This document shows positions 18,801 through 27,561 of a DNA stretch of 58,493 bases, one piece after another. The stretch spans positions 1-58,493 of the forward strand of contig CALBSW010000046.1 in NCBI GenBank assembly GCA_937967465.1, written 5' to 3'. Each line of letters begins with the position of its first letter. Positions within the stretch are counted from its first letter, which is position 1. The translations under genes and the position numbers were made by a program. The DNA comes from an uncultured Flavobacteriales bacterium. Lineage in GTDB: Bacteria; Bacteroidota; Bacteroidia; Flavobacteriales_D; Sanyastnellaceae. The notes below the pieces were generated by a model. That model was not told where the DNA came from. It worked only from the letters and a program-made list of their open reading frames with translations, and searched no databases.

Positions 18801-19343
18801 TCAGCGGCGACGCAACACCTGCTGGGGGTTCTTGATGGCCTGCTCGATGGTGCGGATGTCCGACTTGAGCATCCCCTTCTTGTCCAACTTCTTGGCCCGC
18901 GCCAGCAGGGCTTTCGCCTCTTTGGTACGGCGCTTTGAACTTTGGATGGCAGCGAGGTTGAGCATGACCGCGGCCTTTTCCTCATCGCGTTTCATGCCCA
19001 CCTCCAACGCGGTGCGGAACGCCTTCTCCGCTTCTGTCAAGCTCGACTCGAGGAGCAGGTTGCCCGTCAGGAACCAGTATTGCCCGCGCTGTCCCGACCA
19101 CAGGTGCTTCGGGTTGACCCCGGCGAGCATGGCCCGCGCCTTGTCGAGCTGCTGCTGCTGGATGCGGAAGGCCACGACGATCATGCGCACACTGCGCAAT
19201 GCGGTCACCGTCAGCAGGGCCGCCACGATCACCATGCCGATGCCGCTTCCGACGTGTCCCGTGGTGAACAGTTGCACGGCATAAGCCGCAGCGCCTCCGG
19301 CGAGGGCGAACTTCAGGATGCGGGTATCGAAGGGAAATTTCAT
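18801..19343 (-). CDS. Membrane-anchored TPR-like protein (hypothetical)
   Basis: Start at MKFPFDTRILKF. Two TM helices, then a TPR-like helical region (AEKAFRTALEVGMKRDEEKAAVMLNLAAIQ...AKALLARAKKLD). Confidence 0.6.
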   Translation of the reverse strand: MKFPFDTRILKFALAGGAAAYAVQLFTTGHVGSGIGMVIVAALLTVTALRSVRMIVVAFRIQQQQLDKARAMLAGVNPKHLWSGQRGQYWFLTGNLLLESSLTEAEKAFRTALEVGMKRDEEKAAVMLNLAAIQSSKRRTKEAKALLARAKKLDKKGMLKSDIRTIEQAIKNPQQVLRRR

Positions 19344-19450
19344 CGTGGATGGAAAATTCGTGAGCGGCACATTGCCGGACGCGAAACTACAGTTCCCGCA
19401 GGAGAGATGGCCTAAATTCGCCAGCGACTCCATTCACCCCTGTCCTCCCC

Positions 19451-20029
19451 ATGAACCTGATTCGATTCCGCGTCATCATCGACATCGAAGAAGACGTGTT
19501 CCGCGACATCCTCATTGGCCGCAGTGCGCCCTTGGAGGATTTGCACCGCGGCATCCTCGCCGCCTTTGACTTCGGGGAAGGGGAAATGGCCTCGTTTTTC
19601 CAGAGCGACGAGAATTGGGGGCGCGGAAGGGAGATCCCGCTCATGGACATGGGCATGGACGACGCCGGAAACCCCTTCCCCAGCATGCGGACCACGGCCG
19701 TGGAGGCCCTCGTTTCTGCAGCAAATGACCGCATGGTGTATGTCTACGACTTCCTGCGCATGTGGTGTTTCTATGTGGAGGTCATCGGTCTTGAGGAAGG
19801 CGAAACCCCGGAATATCCGCTGCTAGCGGGCGAATTCGGAGACGCGCCCGATCAATACAGCAAGGAAGTCGACCTCGAAGACATCCCCACCGACTCCGCT
19901 GAAGAAGACGACGGGCCACTCAAAACAGGCGACCCCGAATTGGATGCCTACCTCGCTGGCGAAGAGGACGAGGAAGACGAGGGGCCGAGCTTCACCTCGC
20001 TCGACGACTTGGACGACCTCTCCTTTTGA
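19451..20029 (+). CDS. pRiA4b ORF-3-like (PF07929-type) domain protein with a strongly acidic C-terminal tail
   Basis: FRVIIDIEEDVFRDILIGRSAPLEDLHRGILAAFDF...MVYVYDFLRMWCFYVEVI fits the PRiA4_ORF3 pattern. The tail is EEDDG...EEDEEDEGPSFTSLDDLDDLSF. Confidence 0.7.
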   Translation: MNLIRFRVIIDIEEDVFRDILIGRSAPLEDLHRGILAAFDFGEGEMASFFQSDENWGRGREIPLMDMGMDDAGNPFPSMRTTAVEALVSAANDRMVYVYDFLRMWCFYVEVIGLEEGETPEYPLLAGEFGDAPDQYSKEVDLEDIPTDSAEEDDGPLKTGDPELDAYLAGEEDEEDEGPSFTSLDDLDDLSF

Positions 20030-21030
20030 ATCCCCCACCCCCACATCATTCCAGGCGGGGGGACGCCCCGCTGCTCATCACGGTGGTGGGTCCAACGGCC
20101 ATCGGCAAGACCGAGTTGGCCATCCGGATTGCGGAGGCGCTCAGCACCGACATCCTGTCCTCTGACAGCCGTCAGTTCTACCGGGAGATTCCCATCGGAA
20201 CGGCGCAGCCCACGGCGGAGGAGCGGGCGCGGGCACCCCACCATTTCGTGGACTTCCTCTCCATTCACGACGCCTACAGCTCCGGAAGATTCGAGGAAGA
20301 CGCCACCACTTGGCTCGACGGCCACTTTGCGGACTGCCGGACTCAAGGACGCCCTGAAGTTGCCGTGATGGCGGGCGGCAGTGGACTCTACGTGCAAGCC
20401 GTACACCACGGGTTGGATGACATTCCAGCAGACCCCGATGTGCGCACCGCACTGAATGCGGCGTTCGCTCAAGATGGCCTCCCCCCTCTTCTGGCTGAAT
20501 TGGAGCGCCTCGACCCGCAACACTTCGCCGCCGTCGACCGCAACAACCCACATCGGGTCATCCGGGCATTGGAAGTGTGCCGCTGTACAGGCCGACCCTA
20601 CAGCGAATTGCGCCGCCAGCTCCGGGATGAGCTGACCGTTCATCCAGGGGGCTGGGCCCGACACCGCCGCCGCCCTTGGGACACCCTCACGATTGGCTTG
20701 GGCGGCCCGAGGAACTGGCTGCACGAACGGATCGGCCGCCGCGCCAAGTCGATGGTCGAAGCCGGCTGGCTGGAGGAAGCAGAGCGGGTGATGCCCCACC
20801 GCGATTTGAATGCATTGAAAACCGTAGGCTACCCTCAGCTGTTTGATGTGCTCGAAGGCCGCATGGATCTCGACACTGCCCTCCTCAAAATCACCGAAGC
20901 CACGCGCCAATTTGCGCGGAGGCAGCTGACGTGGTTCCACCGCCAATCCGATGTGCATTGGATTGACGCGCGCGACCTGAACCGCGGAGTGGATTTGGCG
21001 CTTCACTTTGTCCGCCACGGCCATGTCTGA
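20026..21030 (+). CDS. miaA: tRNA dimethylallyltransferase
   Basis: P-loop VVGPTAIGKTELAI, then SSDSRQFYREIPIGTAQPT and NPHRVIRALEV. The TTG start overlaps the upstream stop, so its exact position is uncertain. Confidence 0.9.
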   Translation: MNPPPPHHSRRGDAPLLITVVGPTAIGKTELAIRIAEALSTDILSSDSRQFYREIPIGTAQPTAEERARAPHHFVDFLSIHDAYSSGRFEEDATTWLDGHFADCRTQGRPEVAVMAGGSGLYVQAVHHGLDDIPADPDVRTALNAAFAQDGLPPLLAELERLDPQHFAAVDRNNPHRVIRALEVCRCTGRPYSELRRQLRDELTVHPGGWARHRRRPWDTLTIGLGGPRNWLHERIGRRAKSMVEAGWLEEAERVMPHRDLNALKTVGYPQLFDVLEGRMDLDTALLKITEATRQFARRQLTWFHRQSDVHWIDARDLNRGVDLALHFVRHGHV

Positions 21031-21067
21031 GCGTTCCGCCCGTCCGTCCCGTCCCGCAAAGGGCCGA

Positions 21068-23161
21068 ATGACATTCGATCCGCAATCCATGGAAGACCTT
21101 GGGTTCATTGAAATCCGGGGATTGCTGGAAGAATGGTGCAAGACCGACAGTGCCAAGCGGCGCGCACGGGAGCTCGGCCCCACCGCCCACCGCCCGACGA
21201 TTCTCGAAGCCCTGGAGAGCACGGACGAACTCCGGCGCATCCGGGTCGAGGGGTACACCTTTCCCGCCCTCGTTTTTGAGGAAATCAAAGCCGAGATCAA
21301 ACTGCTGGAAGTGTCGGGGTCGGCCCTGACGGAAGCCGGATTCATGCGGGTCCTTCAATGCACGCGGTTGGTCAACGACATCATCGCGTCCCTTCAAGGG
21401 CGGGAGCGGGCTTTTCCTAGGCTGTGCGGCATGCTGGGTACGGTCAGTGAAAACACGGACATCGTCCGGGAAATCGAGGCTGTATTCGACCCCAAAGGCG
21501 GCGTTCGAAGCAACGCCTCTCCCGAACTCGGCCGCATCCGCATCGACATGCAGACCGCCCGACGCCAGGTGAACCGGCTCTTCGACAAGGCGCTCCGCTC
21601 CTGCTCCAAACAAGGATGGCTGGCCGACACCGAGGAGGGCTATCTGAACGAGCGCCGCGTTCTGGCCATTGCCAGCACCCACAAACGCAAAGTCCGTGGA
21701 ACGGCACTCGGAACTTCCAAGACCGGATCGGTCACGTTCATCGAACCGGCAGAGTGTCACCAGGTCAACCACGAGCTCGAAATGCTCAAGGATGACGAAC
21801 GCAAGGAAATCGTGCGCATCCTCCGCGAATTGACCCAGCGCATCCGGAAGCACACCCCGCTCATCAAAGCGCAACAGCGGCTGCTCGTTCGGTTCGACTT
21901 CCTGCAAGCCAAGGTGAAACTGGCACTTGAAATGGACGGCGTCAAGCCACACGTTGTCAAGGACTTGAGGGTTGAACTTCTCAAGGCACACCACCCTTTG
22001 TTGTTGCTGGCGCACCGAAGCAAGGGACTGTCAGTGGAGCCACAAAACCTCACCCTGCATCGCCAGCGGCGCATGCTGGTCATCAGCGGCCCCAATGCGG
22101 GAGGAAAGTCCATCACCCTCAAAATGGTGGGCCTCATCCAGGCGATGGTGCAAAGCGGTCTGCTCGTCCCTGTCCACCCCAACAGTGCCTTCGGATTGTT
22201 CAAGGAAATCCTCACGGACATCGGAGACAACCAGAGCATCGAGAACCAACTTTCGACGTACAGCTACCGGCTGAAACGGATGAAGGGCTTCCTTGAGGCT
22301 GCAGGTAAAAACACGCTGCTGCTGCTCGACGAATTCGGAACGGGCAGCGACCCCGAACTGGGAGGCGCGTTGGCAGAAGTCTTCTTTGAAGATCTCTACA
22401 AAAAGCAAGGATTCGGGGTCATCACCACCCACTACGCCAACATCAAGACCCGCGCCACCTCGATGCCGGAGGCCATCAACGGGAGCATGTTGTTTGACGG
22501 AGAGACGCTGTCTCCGACCTACAAACTTGACCTCGGCCAGCCAGGCAGCAGCTTCACCTTTGAAGTGGCGGAGCTGAATGGCATTGACTCCAAACTGATC
22601 GGCCGGGCCAAGCAAAAGCTCGATCCACGGAAGGTCAAGCTGGACGGGCTCATCGCGGGACTGCAAAAGGAGAAGTCACGCCATGCCCGCCTGACCGACC
22701 GCCAACTCAAAGCCGAGCACGCCGCTGAACAAGCGCGCAGGGAGTATGAGCGCAAGGCCGCCCAACTCGATGAGCGCAAGGAATCCGTCCAGCAGATCGG
22801 ACAAGAGCAGAATGCAGCCCTCGTTCGGGGCAAGAAGCTCCAGCAGTTCATCGACCGCTTCAAATCCGGCCAGTCCAACGCCAAGCTCATCGAGGACATT
22901 CGGAAGTACTTGTCTGTGGAAGCCACCAAAAAGGCCGAGAAGGCCGAGGCGACTGCACGGAAAAAAGCAGCACGCGACAGCAAGCGCAAGGCCGGGCGCT
23001 CCAAACAGCACCTCGACCGCATCGCAGTGGGCAGCACGGTTCGCTTGCGCGAAGGCCGGCAGCGCGGCGAAGTCATCGAATTGAAAGGCCGCAAAGCCAC
23101 GGTGGCGTTCGGAGACTTCCGGACGCGCGTCGAATTGCAGGACCTCGTCTGGGTCCGTTGA
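21068..23161 (+). CDS. mutS2: MutS2-family ATPase (MutS domain III/V + coiled coil + KOW-like end); no Smr domain seen
   Basis: Walker A ISGPNAGGKS and LLLLDEFGTGSDPELGGALA. The K/E-rich coiled coil ends in VGSTVRLREGRQRGEVIELKGRKATVAFGDFRTRVELQDLVWVR*. Start chosen at MTFDPQSMEDLGF. Confidence 0.85.
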   Translation: MTFDPQSMEDLGFIEIRGLLEEWCKTDSAKRRARELGPTAHRPTILEALESTDELRRIRVEGYTFPALVFEEIKAEIKLLEVSGSALTEAGFMRVLQCTRLVNDIIASLQGRERAFPRLCGMLGTVSENTDIVREIEAVFDPKGGVRSNASPELGRIRIDMQTARRQVNRLFDKALRSCSKQGWLADTEEGYLNERRVLAIASTHKRKVRGTALGTSKTGSVTFIEPAECHQVNHELEMLKDDERKEIVRILRELTQRIRKHTPLIKAQQRLLVRFDFLQAKVKLALEMDGVKPHVVKDLRVELLKAHHPLLLLAHRSKGLSVEPQNLTLHRQRRMLVISGPNAGGKSITLKMVGLIQAMVQSGLLVPVHPNSAFGLFKEILTDIGDNQSIENQLSTYSYRLKRMKGFLEAAGKNTLLLLDEFGTGSDPELGGALAEVFFEDLYKKQGFGVITTHYANIKTRATSMPEAINGSMLFDGETLSPTYKLDLGQPGSSFTFEVAELNGIDSKLIGRAKQKLDPRKVKLDGLIAGLQKEKSRHARLTDRQLKAEHAAEQARREYERKAAQLDERKESVQQIGQEQNAALVRGKKLQQFIDRFKSGQSNAKLIEDIRKYLSVEATKKAEKAEATARKKAARDSKRKAGRSKQHLDRIAVGSTVRLREGRQRGEVIELKGRKATVAFGDFRTRVELQDLVWVR

Positions 23162-23170
23162 CCTCGCAGG

Positions 23171-24847
23171 TTATTCCAGAATGATGCGGCGCGTCACTTG
23201 CGCCCCATCGGCGAGTGCCGCCGTCACGTAAACGACACCACGGGACCAAGGCGACATGTCCAAGGTGGCTGCCCCACCCCACCACATCTCGCGGTGCAGC
23301 AGTCGACCCTGCGCATCCCGCAAGGTGATTTCCGCCGCCTCGGACCATTGGCCACCCGGGAGACGCAAGTGCAGGATGTCGTGCGCAGGATTGGGCATCA
23401 CTCGGAAATTCCGGGACAAGGCCATCTGGGCCACATCCGCGATCTCCTCACACGCTTGGTCGGGACCGCAAGGCACGCTGGCCTCCATGTCGGGATAGGC
23501 GCCGTGCAACACCGTCTGCCCACTCCCCACAGGATCGAGCCACAGTTCGAGCTTCTCGTCTGCCGGATTCGGATTGTCGTCCCAGTGGTAGGACATCTTT
23601 CCGTAGTAATCCGGCTGATTGGGCCCCGTTCCGCCTCCGGCACCGCCATTGGTGCATGCGGACAACCCTGCGGACAGGGTTCCGATGGACAACCCTTCCT
23701 CGTTGAAGAGGTGCGATCCGGAAGAGCCGCCTTCGGTCACACCGTGGTCGGTCTCGGTCTCCACCCAGTAAACCCGCCAGTGGGAGCCGAATGCGCCGAG
23801 GCTGATGCTCGAGGTATTCTGTGTGTAGGTGCTGATTTTCTTGACATCTCCAGAAGGGTGGTGAATGCCCACACCGCTTCCGGAGCCGCTGCCGCTCGCA
23901 TCCCAACCGGCGTAGTAGACGTCCCAATTGGACGGGATCTCGTCCTCCACTTCCACCAGCAGGAAATCGGACCCTTCGAAGTTGCTGCCTTGGATGTCGT
24001 CCGAATCCGCGAGGCGAATCACCCCTGTGCGGCGGCGGTTGAGCAGTCCGTTGCCCTCCCCACACTCGGGCCGCTCGTAGTTGTAGTACACCTTGAGCAA
24101 GGCGAAATCGTCATCGTCCGCATTGCTGGCACAGTGAAGCGCGGTCAGCATGTATTGGCGGCAATCGAGCGCCGTCGTGTTGACCATGGCTCCCGAACAG
24201 AGGAAGGAACCTCCATTTTCGATGATGGACAGGCGAACTGTCGCATCCCGCTGGCATTCCCAACCTTGAATCTCGGGGCAAGCCACGTCCACCTCGCAGG
24301 GCTGCGACCCCCCGCGCGCTGCGTCGACGTCGCGGAACAGGGCGGCTGCCCCTTCCATCTGCAACCGGACTTCGGACATCCATTCCGCAGGCGCTTGCAG
24401 TCGCAGCACCACCCATTCCCCGGGCACATCGCCCGTGGCGATGCGGCCATGCTCGTCATTGTCACGGAAGTCATACGGCCCCTCCTGCCAGTCACCGGTC
24501 AAGTCCGTCACCCACAACTGGGCTCCTGCCGGCAAATGGAAATCCGAAAAGTGAAGCGCCACCCCCGCTGCCTCAGGCAGGTGAACGGCCACTGCATGCT
24601 GCTCGCTCCAACTGGACGGCGCCAAATCGGCTTCCTGCGGCTGCACCACACCATAGAGGTAACGGCCATGCTCCTCAGTCTCCTTGGCCGCACGGCGCCA
24701 GGCCGCGTCTACATCGAGGGGATCCATCTCCACCACTTCGTAGGGAACGGTCATCAGGGCCGAAGGACAGGGCAACGCCTCCGTCTGGGCGGTGACAAAC
24801 AAGGGAAAAGCCACTGCGGCGAGCAGGGCAGCGATCAGGGTTCTCAT
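23171..24847 (-). CDS. Secreted trypsin-fold (lysyl-endopeptidase-like S1) serine protease with a type-A T9SS C-terminal sorting domain
   Basis: Signal peptide MRTLIAALLAAVAFPLFVTAQ. Catalytic triad candidates: His in LTALHCASN, Asp in DDFALLKV, Ser in GGSSGSHLF. C-terminal Por_Secre_tail-like NFRVMPNPAHDILHLRLPGG...VYVTAALADGAQVTRRIILE. Confidence 0.85.
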   Translation of the reverse strand: MRTLIAALLAAVAFPLFVTAQTEALPCPSALMTVPYEVVEMDPLDVDAAWRRAAKETEEHGRYLYGVVQPQEADLAPSSWSEQHAVAVHLPEAAGVALHFSDFHLPAGAQLWVTDLTGDWQEGPYDFRDNDEHGRIATGDVPGEWVVLRLQAPAEWMSEVRLQMEGAAALFRDVDAARGGSQPCEVDVACPEIQGWECQRDATVRLSIIENGGSFLCSGAMVNTTALDCRQYMLTALHCASNADDDDFALLKVYYNYERPECGEGNGLLNRRRTGVIRLADSDDIQGSNFEGSDFLLVEVEDEIPSNWDVYYAGWDASGSGSGSGVGIHHPSGDVKKISTYTQNTSSISLGAFGSHWRVYWVETETDHGVTEGGSSGSHLFNEEGLSIGTLSAGLSACTNGGAGGGTGPNQPDYYGKMSYHWDDNPNPADEKLELWLDPVGSGQTVLHGAYPDMEASVPCGPDQACEEIADVAQMALSRNFRVMPNPAHDILHLRLPGGQWSEAAEITLRDAQGRLLHREMWWGGAATLDMSPWSRGVVYVTAALADGAQVTRRIILE

Positions 24848-24977
24848 CACGGGTGCAGGTTTCAACACCGACGACGGTGTCGGCCCCGAAGATAGGGAGC
24901 CGAAGGGGCTTCATTTTTTGGGAATTGGGGGGCGAATCCGCTCCCATCAGGGCCCAGCTCGCGCCTATCTTTCGGGC

Positions 24978-26579
24978 ATGGCCCTCCGACTTCGCATTTC
25001 CCTTCTCTTCGGTCTGCTCCTCACTTTCTCCGCGCCCCTATTCGCCCAGAAAAACGTGCAGGCGCAAGGAGAGAAGTTCAATACCCTCCTCTACTACATG
25101 AACCGCATGTATGTGGACACGGTGGAATTGGACGGGTTGGTGGAGACGGCCATCCGGGGCATGCTCGAAGAGCTGGACCCGCACTCCGTCTACATCCCGG
25201 CGGAAGACCTCCAGCAAGCGGACGAGCCGCTCAACGGAAAATTCGAAGGCATTGGTGTTCGCTTCAACATCATGAAGGACACCATCATGGTGGTCTCCAC
25301 CATCGCAGGTGGCCCGAGTGAGAAGCTCGGCATCATGGCGGGCGATCGCATCGTGGAGGTGGACGGAGAACTGGTGGCCGGCATCGGCATCCGCAACAAG
25401 GGGGTGATGGAACGCCTGAAAGGCCCCAAGGGCACGCATGTGGAAGTGGGCATCCGGCGTGGGAAATCCAAAGACCTCCTGGTCTTCGACATTGAGCGGG
25501 ACAAGATTCCCATCTACTCCGTGGACGCCCATTACATGGTGGATGACCGCATCGGCTACATCAAGGTGAACCGGTTCTCCAAGGAGACCATGTCGGAATT
25601 GATTGCGGCCTTGGACGACCTCCAGAACGAGGGGATGAAAGACCTGATCCTGGATCTGCAGGGCAATGGCGGCGGCATGCTGAACACGGCCATCGCCATG
25701 GGCGACGAGTTCCTGTCCGGGGATCGCCTCATCGTGTACACCGACGGTCGGGCCTTTCCCCGTGAAGACCGCGTGGCGCAGACGGAGGGCCGGTTCGAAA
25801 AAGGACGCCTGGTGGTCCTGGTCGACGAGTCCAGCGCCTCTGCCAGTGAAATCGTCAGCGGCGCCGTCCAGGATTGGGACCGCGGCCTCATTGTGGGCCG
25901 CCGCACATTTGGCAAAGGCCTCGTGCAACGTCCAGTCCGGCTCCCAGATGGCAGCGCCGTCCGCCTGACCGTACAACAGTACTTCACCCCGGCTGGTCGG
26001 TGCATCCAAAAGCCCTATGACGAAGGTGTCGACGCCTATCGTCGGGAGAAATACGAGCGGTTCGAAAAGGGCGAGCTCATGTCGTTGGACAGCCTGGACC
26101 TTCCCGACAGCCTGCAATACGAAACCAAGGTGCTCGGCCGCACGGTGTATGGCGGTGGCGGCATTCTTCCGGATGTCTTCGTCCCCATCGACACCAGTTT
26201 GAACAGCGCCTACTTCTCGGACCTCTTGCGCAAGGGCCTCTTCAACCGCGCCGTTCTGGAGTATGTCGACGGCCAGCGCCCCCGCCTTGAGCGCGAACTG
26301 GCCGACCGCGATGATTTCGTCGCCCAGCATGCATTGGAACAGGAACTCCTCGACGGCTTGATTGCTTTGGGCGAAGCGGAGGACATTCCCTTTGTCGAAG
26401 ACGAATGGAACACGAGCCTGCCCGCCATTGAATTGCGCCTCAAGGCCATCCTGGCGCGCACCTTGTTTGACACCTCGGCTTTCTACGAGGTCTTCAATCC
26501 GATCAACCCGATTTACAACCGGGGCATCGAGGTGCTCCGCGATGGAACCTACAAGAAGTCCGGCATCGGAAATCGGTAA
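24978..26579 (+). CDS. ctp: S41 carboxy-terminal processing peptidase
   Basis: Signal peptide MALRLRISLLFGLLLTFSAPLFAQ. PDZ segment GPSEKLGIMAGDRIVEVDG. Catalytic region LVVLVDESSASASEIVSGAVQDWDRGLIVGRRTFGKGLVQ. Confidence 0.9.
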   Translation: MALRLRISLLFGLLLTFSAPLFAQKNVQAQGEKFNTLLYYMNRMYVDTVELDGLVETAIRGMLEELDPHSVYIPAEDLQQADEPLNGKFEGIGVRFNIMKDTIMVVSTIAGGPSEKLGIMAGDRIVEVDGELVAGIGIRNKGVMERLKGPKGTHVEVGIRRGKSKDLLVFDIERDKIPIYSVDAHYMVDDRIGYIKVNRFSKETMSELIAALDDLQNEGMKDLILDLQGNGGGMLNTAIAMGDEFLSGDRLIVYTDGRAFPREDRVAQTEGRFEKGRLVVLVDESSASASEIVSGAVQDWDRGLIVGRRTFGKGLVQRPVRLPDGSAVRLTVQQYFTPAGRCIQKPYDEGVDAYRREKYERFEKGELMSLDSLDLPDSLQYETKVLGRTVYGGGGILPDVFVPIDTSLNSAYFSDLLRKGLFNRAVLEYVDGQRPRLERELADRDDFVAQHALEQELLDGLIALGEAEDIPFVEDEWNTSLPAIELRLKAILARTLFDTSAFYEVFNPINPIYNRGIEVLRDGTYKKSGIGNR

Positions 26580-26666
26580 TTCACGTCCCGCCCCGGAACA
26601 ACCCATTCCCCAGCGCCCACCTGCACTGCATCCCCTTCTAATTTTGTCTGACACGAATCCCGAATC

Positions 26667-27188
26667 ATGAACATTGCACGTTCCCTCTCCCTGTTCGCCA
26701 TTCCGCTGCTCCTCATCGCTTGTGGTGAGGCGGCCGAAGGCACCCCCGACACCGCACAGCCGGAAGCTCCCGCAACCGAAGCTCCAGCTCCTGCCGACAA
26801 GGCCATGGACCCCGCCCGTGATGCCGCTGAAGCTCCCGCAGAAGCTGGCCCGACGACGTCCATCACGTTTGCTGAAAACAGCCACGACTTCGGCACCATT
26901 GACGAAGGCGATGTGGTGACCCACGTCTTCACGTTCACCAACACCGGTGACAACCCGCTCATCCTCGACCGCTGCAAGGGCTCCTGCGGCTGCACGGTTC
27001 CCCAATGCCCCAAAGAGCCCATCGCACCTGGTGCCACGGGCGAGATTGAAGTCAAGTTCAACTCCAAGGGCAAGAAGAACAAGCAGACCAAGACGGTGAC
27101 CATCAACGCCAACACGGTCCCCGAGCAGACGCGCATCACCATCTCTGCCAACGTCACCCCCGCTCCTGCGGATGGCGCCGGCAAGTGA
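26667..27188 (+). CDS. DUF1573 domain lipoprotein
   Basis: Lipobox LLLIAC. HDFGTIDEGDVVTHVFTFTNTGDNPLILDRCKGSCGCTVP is the DUF1573 signature. A TAATTTTG box lies at 26639-26646. Confidence 0.85.
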   Translation: MNIARSLSLFAIPLLLIACGEAAEGTPDTAQPEAPATEAPAPADKAMDPARDAAEAPAEAGPTTSITFAENSHDFGTIDEGDVVTHVFTFTNTGDNPLILDRCKGSCGCTVPQCPKEPIAPGATGEIEVKFNSKGKKNKQTKTVTINANTVPEQTRITISANVTPAPADGAGK

Positions 27189-27207
27189 TCCTGCATTTCA
27201 CCTCAAG

Positions 27208-27236
27208 AAAAAAGGCCCTCTTCGGAGGGCCTTTTT
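27208..27236. terminator. Bidirectional intrinsic terminator hairpin
   Basis: AAAAAAGGCCCTC-TTCG-GAGGGCCTTTTT. It has a perfect 7-bp GC stem and a TTCG tetraloop, with an A-run and a T-run on either side. It sits between convergent genes. Confidence 0.75.
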
Positions 27237-27256
27237 CGTGGGTGCTGGTCTCTGAT

Positions 27257-27490
27257 TTACTGGAGAAGCCGATCAATGGCGTCGGCCAATGCGCGGTCCC
27301 GCTCGGTCACCACGTGCCCCGCATCGTGGGTATTCAGCTCGATTCGGACGTAGCTGAACTCATTGTGGAAGACCGGATGGTGCCCCTGCTGCTCTGACAG
27401 AAAGGCCACCCGCGTCATGAAGGTGAACGCCTCTTGAAAGTCCTTGAATCGGAACTCGCGAACCAACCGATTGTCCTTTTCCATCCACAT
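27257..27490 (-). CDS. 4a-hydroxytetrahydrobiopterin (pterin-4a-carbinolamine) dehydratase
   Basis: MWMEKDNRLVREFRFKDFQEAFTFMTRVAFLSEQQGHHPVFHNEFSYVRIELNTHDAG is the PCD/DCoH signature (HHP, TH). Start at the internal ATG. Confidence 0.85.
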   Translation of the reverse strand: MWMEKDNRLVREFRFKDFQEAFTFMTRVAFLSEQQGHHPVFHNEFSYVRIELNTHDAGHVVTERDRALADAIDRLLQ

Positions 27491-27561
27491 GGTGCACTGC
27501 TTTACAAGGTGAATGTAGCCCGGAGCCGCGGGAATTGCCGCGCCGGAGCCAACTTCGCACC

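Noticed and set aside
19451-20029. A possible mobile-element remnant, because the PRiA4_ORF3 family is sometimes annotated as an IS1096 passenger or plasmid protein.
   Set aside because: No transposase, integrase, inverted repeats, tRNA target or GC/codon-usage discontinuity is present around it. It is embedded between core genes, and its stop overlaps miaA.
23198-24895. A 565-aa plus-strand ORF mirroring the T9SS protease gene. Similar mirror ORFs lie at 25038-27005 (opposite ctp and DUF1573), 42230-43678 (opposite the SBP), 43637-45286 (opposite the TBDR), 20891-22015, 35883-36668 and elsewhere.
   Set aside because: All are codon-aligned shadow ORFs of high-GC3 genes (I checked the frame arithmetic for the first four). 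They lack signal peptides and motifs, and have Arg/Gly/Pro-rich composition. The 1280-aa ORF 42230-46072 is a shadow ORF fused in frame to the real TonB receptor gene, which starts at 43679.
27257-27490. An orphan pterin-4a-carbinolamine dehydratase with no phenylalanine hydroxylase nearby, considered as a possible novelty.
   Set aside because: Stand-alone PCD/COG2154 genes without an aromatic amino-acid hydroxylase partner are already well documented in bacteria, and nothing in the sequence is unusual.
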